Source: a virus
Virus record (IMG/VR): IMGVR_UViG_3300020469_000010
Direction: 5' to 3' (one strand)
DNA length: 64,000 nt
The notes beneath the pieces are model-generated. The model was not told the DNA's origin. It searched no databases and saw only the letters and a list, made by a program, of their open reading frames with translations. Made by a program: the position numbers and the translations under genes. Positions 59,201 through 64,000 of this stretch are shown here, in pieces (the first letter of the stretch is position 1; each line of letters opens with the position of its first letter).

Positions 59201-60193
59201 ACTTTCTTTGACAATTCTCTAGAAAATCAAACTACACAAAGACTTGGTGTAATTGAAATAATCTCTCAAGAGGTTACTGAACCTGGTTTTGCTTCTGCTA
59301 GAGTTTCTTCTGCTGGTATCATTACCGAATTTAGTATTACAAATCCTGGAGCAGGTTATACATCAGATCCACAAATTTCTATTGGTTCTCCAGGAACTGG
59401 AAATACCACAGCTATTGCATCATGCTCAGTCACTAGTGGTATTATTACAAGTATAACCGTAACAAATTCAGGAACTGGTTACACAAATACAAACCCACCA
59501 CAAGTTCTTATTGAACCACCAGTCGTAGAAAAAGAGTTGATTGAAAAAGTTACATACGAAGGTGACTTTGGATCAATAGTTTCTATATCCAATACTTCAG
59601 TTGGAGTTGGAACAACAGCACTTCTACTATCGTTGTATATTCCCTTTGATTCTTTCCTAAGAAATCCAGTTGTAAATAGTGGTTTTGCAACAGGTGGATG
59701 GAGTGGAATTCAAACTGGACATTACTTTACTTGCAGTAATTCAAATACTGTTGGAACCTATGTTACAGCACTCAACCATTATGGAGAAACTTTAAGTATA
59801 TCCACTTCAAGAATGAATGTCATTTTCCAGGCAGCAGATATTGAAAGAAAATATCAAGATATTGTTGGTATTGGATCAACTCAGGTTCTTGAGGTAACAG
59901 TTTATGTAGAAGATGAAATAGACTTGGGTGATGCTTTAGCATCTTTCGATAGTTCTTCACTTACTTTTGATGATGTACGCACCAATAGTTTTGATCAAAC
60001 AATATTTGATAAGACTAATTATTACGGTGATTTCTCTTGGGGCAAGGTAACTTGGGATCCTTTAAGAAGTAGAAGAAATGCAACTCCTTTCACTGCTTAC
60101 CATTTGTCAGGATACGCTGGAATATCTACATCACCTGTTGTTAAGAGAGTTCATCCTTTAAGAACTAAACTATATACAAAGTATCAAGATTGA
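47219..60193 (+). CDS. gp7: giant baseplate wedge initiator gp7-like protein (4324 aa)
   Basis: QIPDFV..FL..YF, FYKAKGS..SFEILF, LHDSDYYQYFSYSLKS..VHPVGMKKF; lies between gp6 and gp8. Confidence 0.85.
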   Translation: MSNQTRIKISQVLEAQIPDFVNDEFPLFKEFLTQYFESLESDGGAYNLLQNIDKYIDLDTQLLTPESTESLENFFIGDDTLVVESTEGFPTSYGLLKIGDEIVTYKSKTETEFLDCVRGFSGVSDYDSSLVFSKTGPQNHYRGVVTNLSSVLLKEFFRKLKSQIAPGFEDIDLDQSVDKRLFYKQTRDFYKAKGSDKSFEILFGALYGTKVEVIRPSDYVFEPSASGTRRTLDIVLSTFDDSIDYTDIILNRTLLQKNRDSTSNADTVSAFASITHVERFFKGNKFYYLVSLDNDTSRDISSSGTVFGKFQTTQTTRLTESHTQNLDGTFNDYLFVDSTVAFEENDILDVYLDTGILEIDYNGKSINEFYSVNDANFTIPRGTLVSTKKYAYVELEEDNVYFRVTNVISDITFPEGGNFKEGDVIKYDSLGLQNKSTKLDNWRFNTAPKYNIESISVLSEAEQKYQIKFAETFNLQLNDIFFLITSSEETYNVSVSSREGETSYVITSETAIPDFNATGRTSLSLKTYPKKFFIERKLNKAKFRFFPEASSFLSDVQNTYKSRTLQDNCFVMSSSLPNYSNEILPTNLKKVIFTINVADDAVNDTVNVGQDASPTQSEITHPFYTGDAIVYLEPLEDEETGEVNTNRLNIDNGKYYVTVLNSKNIKLSRSLSDLYNKIYVNITGNVTDNTFFYVDYFDIQKILDEDNPFKLSSKRCVKLLTEPIDDTFREETVPGKTGMLNNGVEILNYKSKTNLSYGPITKINVSNSGNGDYDVINPPLLSIFDGNNADGVNNGGIGATGHFNLFGSVRDILVVSGGFNYETKPLIRVYGGNGTLCNVEPIMETYRHNVRIESEDGEMVGISSNLLTADEDHFFKTGEPVIYRSIGDEPIVGLEDLQTYFISVVDDRSFRLHSSGEDAVAFENPVNITDFGVGYSIVESVNDRQKLARITIIKSSEDFSNRKVLFNAEKSPNSVDFYENTINIKNHGFQSGELITYESTDTPITGLTSAAYYYVTKIDDDSFKLSESDVVDGVDGLLEYGGKLFYESDEFVNLFAFDEGLDESGIGVGDHIFRYPDIQVAIQESEDTISIPPTVIPVVRGFIDDVFLTDAGVGYGATNIFNYKRLPVITAEPGKLASIKPYIVDGEIKQIIIQNAGQGYVSQPYIGIDSEEGFGADLIPIIKDGRLDSVVVKSGGFNYTDDTILTVNPAGKGAKFESEIFSWVVNEVSRSFASNQIYSDDGFIYQDSLVSELDAEDYGILQYTVTYIPRKFRETIYNESTVDGRKIFNPDLIKDSLGRETESKNHSPLIGWAYDGNPIYGPYGFASADGTGGVKRMISGYKKRSLANRPSLLIYPLGFFCNDYEWTTDGDLDESNGRFCITPDYPNGVYAYFATIGENLVDYDNFKEPVFPYFIGNSFKSPPIEFNFEPDINQESFTSPSNILEEKLSDSDFLRNVRPYNLSSSNGSYEYLFQPSQLSPLQSIIDNTAVGKLNDLNILSGGKDYKVGDRIVFSANDSERRPLAEVTGIANTEVTNISVATSAISNVEFLQNYGSKDAVTYIGFTTSPHNMTSGLAKIYDSVRNVEFVSDIKVKPSELSLGIGIGTTGQTGIVTYISIFGSKLSKMSNFRENDIYTIESDGYREEIKILNIEEDLNRIRVERNANGTIGTSYSKGQRLFENPRKFLVPAVDDANLESSEINEEYYFNPIESVGVGIGTTVAIENPGTGSTSRFIARNRIYIGSHDIQVNDEIRYDFDESPISVSTGSDQFTLERDREYFAFPFNNNVIGLSTNRIGVGSTGSAVGFGTTTAAALLTFTDFGSGVNHSLRTRKPEVLTGEVIRYESTITSKNNHNLKVTDRISVDCRPTTDKIVDIVYNQTHRKFSAGTLAFDAVGINTIANTITIPNHNLKNEQVVIFSSNEVAQELEFDALYVVVVLDSNTIQLIDKERVFTRLQDLGDLKALAVDLLEQKPGKLLPINPPLLLQKNQTLIFDVSNASLSYSRNNILYPAFAVEFYTDIELKNKFVSSKQPNKFNVISTGVIGVDDNATVRLVYDDDLPETLYYNLVPLKNNQIPADFSLIKLDNDIITEISIEDSSFSGNYDVKSTTDKTFSYFLPDYTHDENSFTSSNAIISYLSSSDQVSGPIGRVRYISDGNNITQIPQIEEIVTESGVGAILQATSKVIGNIKNINISDIGFDFPTDFTLAPRAHTPTLVKVEELVSIVSIGVTFPGKNYTSLPDLKIVDGISEKVVDDIVLDYVFDNRFKVRILKNTGNINNVKPSIIPFNNTNGYKIRTLTYDPSTKDATIVLDTVGFSTLSAWPFAVGEKFLLEGVNTLDDSLVAGTGDLGYNNENYEFKLYEVKTSDPNIGGQVPGFTFNMEEFVGDGDPGIFDDEFTTARVVPQQFFPQFQVEVEQNVFFDNEDITNGSNVDKSLGFDSNTSILRISTNRPEEYKVGQLITGKSSRSQANITEIVGVTTFTYNIKPRSKNNKKGFLKKGFLNEDSQRLHDSDYYQYFSYSLKSNVGISSWNDPVESMVHPVGMKKFSDLQVVSEPTNSEMIEDQNDGALTGISHINSILDLNCYTDIDLVTENNVNNVYSDEIRFNSLILQDFFKSVGNRVLLVDDFSDEFNSNPRATSFSTIDSFSLNAFRFKKYFLLTTDTKFPGERQVIIVNMLHNNIYGFVSQYGRVETDEIHGYFDIGVFENNGLLLFYPLEPRFDDYAVTGFKYAISPGSVGISTQYIGDIASVGVQTASIPSGTTSAYKIVGIESSYSSSKVMVVLESTDLQYYQSDEINIVHDGTNIIQTEFSTLATDTLDEDVSDGIGTYRFGYNGNEIEMDFVPNSGLTTAYNVNATVVSISNTSRVATGTSTYQTTLTSVGLGTTSAGTATTSIQVMEIDSQYRGFNVYASIEDMTNNDVQFSELTIVHDNTDVSLSEFGRVVTDDNLFDTGIGTFTAFVDPVSKKTQIHFEAIGGIPNKQIEVRLLVNSLSAVDLGISTVRLGFQGGEFSTMHGGYTGSQNDIKRSFELKHKGDLIFERTFNSEALGTVVSVESNVLNLSNHFFVSGEEVTYTFPAGGQPIGIATTTLVGVGTTTHLPPTLFVIKQDSGSISFTDTAENALRFNPNITINITSAGIGTQHQITSTNKDAKGVFTIDNMMQSPIQRSDIITTLVEDISLEQTLINTAGITSIFSGDILKINDEFMLAETVGVGTQEKLRVRRPWLGSVLGVHTTGDTIIKMYGDYTISGSTINFTSPPFGKVPITVDVNQFGIPFVDPNDRDFTGITTNSSFQGRTFMRSGSIDTNAETYSRNYIFDDISTRFTGIRSEFPLTVDGANITGISTDNAIILVNDIFQQSSRSGIKPVVGNYTLAENSGETTITFNPQTLEPGEDINTTDLPIGGVIVSVGSTNGLGYQPCVPAGGTANVSGLGTISSVSIGNSGSGYRPGIQTHIGVKAVTSSSVDIIGSATALNGHITEVSISNDKVFYAPRDISDVIYSNTTGLTTVTTSTAHELLIGQEVLLSGIAMTCDYSGAGPVNITNVIYDNISGIMTVTTSGAHNLQTTGQRSDVIFTGIAMTCDLDGGASTHIYPRTTDPFYCGSRVTTVNSSTEFETNVGVSTVPTFYQSGGVVQPVIIAPRVSNNSASRIDPAADGTRITRIINSTSFEVNTGISTREHFYARCGEVNTPIEIVIDGPIGYTNIPLIYSDSSVQGIGTKASIDMFVSRDTSIAEFDFNNDGFAYGQGEKLTIAIGGTTGIPTTGSSFKEFAIDIERTHSDEFSAWSVGQFQQLDPFDSKFNGKRTVFPISFNGDRISIRAGAGSNIDVSSTIFIFINDILQVPGQSYQFRGGGLVVFDEPIPKDYTSRILFYKGTKDIDVVEVDIDEPVEPGDTLTINSENISLKEDTRTVEEILASDIVLTNPYRGRGRTNDESLERPVMLCKQTEDTFIYGFEETKDRESLEPNITPKTNIIQSVGIGTTTNFAWVESVKTFFDNSLENQTTQRLGVIEIISQEVTEPGFASARVSSAGIITEFSITNPGAGYTSDPQISIGSPGTGNTTAIASCSVTSGIITSITVTNSGTGYTNTNPPQVLIEPPVVEKELIEKVTYEGDFGSIVSISNTSVGVGTTALLLSLYIPFDSFLRNPVVNSGFATGGWSGIQTGHYFTCSNSNTVGTYVTALNHYGETLSISTSRMNVIFQAADIERKYQDIVGIGSTQVLEVTVYVEDEIDLGDALASFDSSSLTFDDVRTNSFDQTIFDKTNYYGDFSWGKVTWDPLRSRRNATPFTAYHLSGYAGISTSPVVKRVHPLRTKLYTKYQD

Positions 60194-60209
60194 TTTTTAT
60201 TATTATCTT

Positions 60210-60794
60210 ATGAAATTCAAATTTCCAGTTATTGTAATTCATAATTTTATGAATTTTGATGAAGAAGATCGTTTACTTATGCAAGCAGATGCGCTTCATG
60301 CTAGAAGTGAAGGACTTAAAGAAGCAGAAGATGCATTTACAAGTAATAATGTAGTTCCTCGTGATTTGTCTGGCGGTTATTCTGAATTATATTCTAGATT
60401 TTTAGAAAAATCTGAAGAAATTTTTGGAGAATTAGATTTAGCTACAGAAAATTCAACATATTGTCATGCTTTATGCCAAAATTGTGAATTTTGGGACTTT
60501 AATCCACATATTCATGACAATTGTGATATAAATTCGGTATATTATTTAAAAATGCCGAGAGAATATGGGTCAATAATGGTTACTGATGACATCCAGAGTG
60601 GAATATGGGAAGAAATTAGACCGGTACAAGATGATTTAATTATATTTCCTGGAGATTTATGGCATGATCCATTATTTACATCTACTGTTGATTGGAGAAT
60701 TTCTGTAAATATGGAGATTTTATGTCACAATGTACCTACATGGGAAGAGTATCATGAATATGCCGAAAATGAGCGCATAATCTCACATAAATAA
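60210..60794 (+). CDS. 2OG-Fe(II) oxygenase-like (TIGR02466 type)
   Basis: PHIH, SVYYL, LIIFPGDLWH, RISVNME. Confidence 0.75.
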   Translation: MKFKFPVIVIHNFMNFDEEDRLLMQADALHARSEGLKEAEDAFTSNNVVPRDLSGGYSELYSRFLEKSEEIFGELDLATENSTYCHALCQNCEFWDFNPHIHDNCDINSVYYLKMPREYGSIMVTDDIQSGIWEEIRPVQDDLIIFPGDLWHDPLFTSTVDWRISVNMEILCHNVPTWEEYHEYAENERIISHK

Positions 60795-60815
60795 GTCACA
60801 AACTATCTTATTATA

Positions 60816-61307
60816 ATGTCATTTCAAGGAATATCTACTGGAACATCCATTAATGATGGAACTGGAGACAGTCTTTCAGCAGGTGCAACAAAAGTAAATG
60901 CTAATTTTCAAGAAATTTATGATGCTCTTGGAAATGGTACAGATTTATTAACAGGTAATCCAAATATTACTGTAGGATTTGTAACATCTACAGGAGCATC
61001 TTTTAGTGGTGATGTATCAATTGGGGGAACATTAACATATGAAGATGTAAATAATGTAGATTCTGTTGGTGTAGTTACTGCTAGAAACGGAATCGTAATT
61101 TCTGCTGGTGGAATTGATGTAACTGGAAATTCATCTTACAGTGATTATCTCAATGTCAACTCTGGATTGCAAATTACTGGTGTTACTACAACAACATCAG
61201 GAATCAGTACTGGAATTGGTACGCACAGAGTTAACTTGAATGTTGTCAATTCTACAGTTGTCATTGAAGTTCCTGGTGTAGGAATAACTACACTCACATT
61301 AACCTAA
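60816..61307 (+). CDS. small baseplate/fibre protein with gp9/gp10-like N-terminus
   Basis: ISTG..NDGTGDSL..GATKVNANFQEIY; CATAAATA upstream. Confidence 0.7.
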   Translation: MSFQGISTGTSINDGTGDSLSAGATKVNANFQEIYDALGNGTDLLTGNPNITVGFVTSTGASFSGDVSIGGTLTYEDVNNVDSVGVVTARNGIVISAGGIDVTGNSSYSDYLNVNSGLQITGVTTTTSGISTGIGTHRVNLNVVNSTVVIEVPGVGITTLTLT

Positions 61308-61331
61308 TAAATAACTAGAAAATAAACGATC

Positions 61332-62900
61332 ATGTCTGCAATTGTAACAGATCAACTACGGATTATAAATGCCAGAAAATTTATAGAAGAAGTTACTTTT
61401 AGTAGCAATGCTTATTATAGTTTTGTAGCTTTAACAAATCCGGAAGATTATCAATCTGATTGGGATGAAAATCCACCAGCACCCAAAGATTGTTTAAATG
61501 AAGAATATCACAATTGGGACACTGTTATTGGTCTCAAAAGGATTCTCGGTAGTGACATTAGATTTGCCGTTAAGAAGGTAAATTGGGCTTCCGGTATTAC
61601 ATACGACATGTATCGTCATGATATCAATAGAAATAATTTATCACAACCTTCAGAAGCAACTAATTTATATTCTGCAAATTATTTTGTCGTAAACTCAGAT
61701 TTTAAAGTCTATGTTTGTTTAAATAATGGAACTAGTCCAGAAAATCCAAATGGAAGACCATCTTTGGATGAACCTAAATTTGTTGATCTAGAACCAAGGG
61801 TTGCTGGAGCTAGTAATGATGGATATGTTTGGAAATACTTATTTACCATAAATCCCAATGAAATTGTAAAATTTGATACATTAAAATATTTTACTATTCC
61901 TACTGATTGGGAAACTGCTGATGAATATGCCTCTGTTAGATTGAATTCTGTTAGTAGTGGTCAATTAAAAGTAGTTCTTATAGAAAATAGAGGTGTTGAT
62001 GTTGGACCAGCAAATCAAATATACACTTGCGATATTATTGGAGACGGTCAAGATGCAACTGCTACGATTGTTGTAGATAATCAATCAAAAGTTGAATCAA
62101 TTACTATTTCTGATGGTGGAACTGGATATACCTACGGACGAGTTGATTTAACTAGTGGAGGATTCCCAACATCATCCACTACAGAACCAGAATTTAAAAT
62201 TATTATTCCACCGAAGGGAGGACATGGAAGCAATATTTACAAGGAACTTGGGTGTACTAGAGTTTTAATTTACTCACAAATTAAAAATGATATACAAAAC
62301 CCAGATTTTATCGTTGGAAATAAAATTTCTAGAATAGGAATAATTGCAAACCCACTTTCATTTAATTCTGATCAATTATTGAATAGAGGTGTGGCTAGTG
62401 CATTACATGCAATTAGGGTTATTGGTATTAACAATGATGATGATTTTAGAAATGCAGTATTTAGTGCAAATTCCACAATAACCCAAACAGTTGGAACAGG
62501 ACTTACTTCTATTGGAAGAGTTGTTTCATATGATAAAAATACTGGTGTTCTAAAATATTGGCAAGATAGAACTAATTATGGATTTAACTATAATTTACAA
62601 CAAACAGCAGTAGATGGAACTTTTGGTAATCAAAAAATTCAATTTAGCTCAGATATATTAGATGGTGGATCTTTAGAAATTTTTGGATCAAATCAATCTT
62701 TACAAATTGATAATACTTTTGATGGTGATTTATTAGTCATAAATAATGAAAACTATTATCTTGGACAAACTTTTGAAAATGGACTTGCTGATCCTGAAGT
62801 GAAAAAATATTCTGGAGATTTGATTTATGTAGATAATCGATCTCCAATAACTAGATCAGCAAATCAAAGAGAAGATATCAAAATCGTATTGCAGTTTTAA
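61332..62900 (+). CDS. gp8: baseplate wedge subunit gp8
   Basis: MSAIVTDQLR, FKVYVCLNN, DGYVWKYLF, IPPKGGHG, YSGDLIYVDNR..QREDIKIVLQF. Confidence 0.9.
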   Translation: MSAIVTDQLRIINARKFIEEVTFSSNAYYSFVALTNPEDYQSDWDENPPAPKDCLNEEYHNWDTVIGLKRILGSDIRFAVKKVNWASGITYDMYRHDINRNNLSQPSEATNLYSANYFVVNSDFKVYVCLNNGTSPENPNGRPSLDEPKFVDLEPRVAGASNDGYVWKYLFTINPNEIVKFDTLKYFTIPTDWETADEYASVRLNSVSSGQLKVVLIENRGVDVGPANQIYTCDIIGDGQDATATIVVDNQSKVESITISDGGTGYTYGRVDLTSGGFPTSSTTEPEFKIIIPPKGGHGSNIYKELGCTRVLIYSQIKNDIQNPDFIVGNKISRIGIIANPLSFNSDQLLNRGVASALHAIRVIGINNDDDFRNAVFSANSTITQTVGTGLTSIGRVVSYDKNTGVLKYWQDRTNYGFNYNLQQTAVDGTFGNQKIQFSSDILDGGSLEIFGSNQSLQIDNTFDGDLLVINNENYYLGQTFENGLADPEVKKYSGDLIYVDNRSPITRSANQREDIKIVLQF

Positions 62901-62906
62901 GGAATT

Positions 62907-64000
62907 ATGCCACAACTAACGAATCTAAACACCTTTCCATATTTTGATGATTTTGATAAAAAATCTAATTATCATAAGGTTCTCTTTAAACCTGGTCAAC
63001 CGGTTCAAGCTAGAGAACTTACGACAATGCAGTCTATACTGCAGAATCAAATTGAGCAGTTTGGCAACCATGTATTTAAAGATGGTTCAGTAGTAATTCC
63101 AGGTACGCTTTCTGTTAGATCTAAGCAATATAATATTGAACTTGAGAGAACTTTTGCTGGAATTGATGTATTTCAATATACAGATGCATTAACAGGTGTA
63201 GAGATTGTTGGATCTGAAAGTGGTGTTAGGGGAAGAGTAGAAGTTGTAGATGGAAATAGGTTATTTGTCGATATATTAACTTCTGGAAATGAATCGGAAT
63301 TTTCCGAATTTATTGTTGGAGAATCAATTACAACTACAGACACTGTAAATATAACCGAATCAAATATATCAAGTTTTCCTGAAGGAGCTGAAATTGGTGT
63401 AATTGGAAATGTTTTCAGAGGATGTATTGCAAAGTTAACTAGTGGTGTATTTTTCCTACGAGGATATTTTGTAGAAGTTGAAGATTCAACAGTAGTTATT
63501 AGTTCGGAAGAACCAAATCCAACTTGTTCTATAGGATTTTTAATTAATGAATTACTTACTGATTCATTTGATGACGAGTCTTTATATGACAATTCGCAGG
63601 GATTTATTAATTATGCTGCGCCAGGTGCAGATAGACTTCAAATTGAAGTAACACTAGTTACATCATATAGAGGTGAATTTGATGATGAATTTCCACAAAA
63701 TTATGTAGAAATTGCAAAAGTTACTAATGGTACAATATCTTCATCTAAAATTGAAAATCCATCATATAATATTCTTGGTGATGAATTAGCAAGAAGAACA
63801 TTTGATGAAAGTGGTCACTATTATGTAAAACCCTTTACTCTTGATGTAAGAGAATCTTTGAGAGATTTTAAGGGAAATAATGGAATATTTAATGATAGTG
63901 AACTTACCCTATTTGGACAAATTCCTAGAGATGATATTGGTATCTATGATGTTTCTCCAGGAAAGGCATATATTTTTGGATATGAAGTTGACATGTCCTC
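62907..64000 (+). CDS. VrlC/DUF4815-like virion structural protein, runs off the window
   Basis: MPQLTNLNTFPYFDDF..VLFKPG.PVQARELT.MQSILQNQ..APGADR..LARRTFDESG. Confidence 0.85.
   Translation, partial: MPQLTNLNTFPYFDDFDKKSNYHKVLFKPGQPVQARELTTMQSILQNQIEQFGNHVFKDGSVVIPGTLSVRSKQYNIELERTFAGIDVFQYTDALTGVEIVGSESGVRGRVEVVDGNRLFVDILTSGNESEFSEFIVGESITTTDTVNITESNISSFPEGAEIGVIGNVFRGCIAKLTSGVFFLRGYFVEVEDSTVVISSEEPNPTCSIGFLINELLTDSFDDESLYDNSQGFINYAAPGADRLQIEVTLVTSYRGEFDDEFPQNYVEIAKVTNGTISSSKIENPSYNILGDELARRTFDESGHYYVKPFTLDVRESLRDFKGNNGIFNDSELTLFGQIPRDDIGIYDVSPGKAYIFGYEVDMS

Overview
This window is 64 kb of an AT-rich T4-like cyanophage (cyanomyovirus) genome, with essentially all real genes on the + strand. 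(1) 1-19.4 kb holds virion and tail-fibre genes, plus cpeT and a tRNA-Ile(UAU) / structured RNA / tRNA-Leu(UAA) cluster. (2) 19.4-30 kb holds a 56-aa NblA-like ORF missed by the ORF track, an SF2 helicase, and six 2OG-Fe(II) oxygenase genes surrounding a four-gene tail-fibre module. (3) 30-43.1 kb is an early-gene region organised as cassettes behind about 11 copies (13 in the window) of a palindrome + sigma70 promoter + RBS repeat. It includes a putative restriction-modification pair, a ligase-like protein, a deaminase and a metallopeptidase. (4) 43.6-64 kb holds a glycosyltransferase-like gene and the baseplate genes gp25, gp6, gp7 (4324 aa), gp8 and a truncated VrlC/DUF4815-like gene. The most striking candidate new system is the fibre module. 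An HxH-type short fibre paralogue carries a ~250-aa, ~31% arginine, RQPR/RQRR-repeat insertion at the position of its tip loop. Two genes downstream, a fibre-chaperone-like protein has a long acidic coiled-coil extension, and the whole module sits within the oxygenase cluster. Other notable non-coding signals are minus-strand sigma70 promoters at 41.96 kb (firing into DnaA-box-like motifs and a UUCG hairpin) and 43.15 kb (antisense to a 30-aa peptide that has a 5' pseudoknot). All family assignments come from motif recognition by eye; no searches were run.
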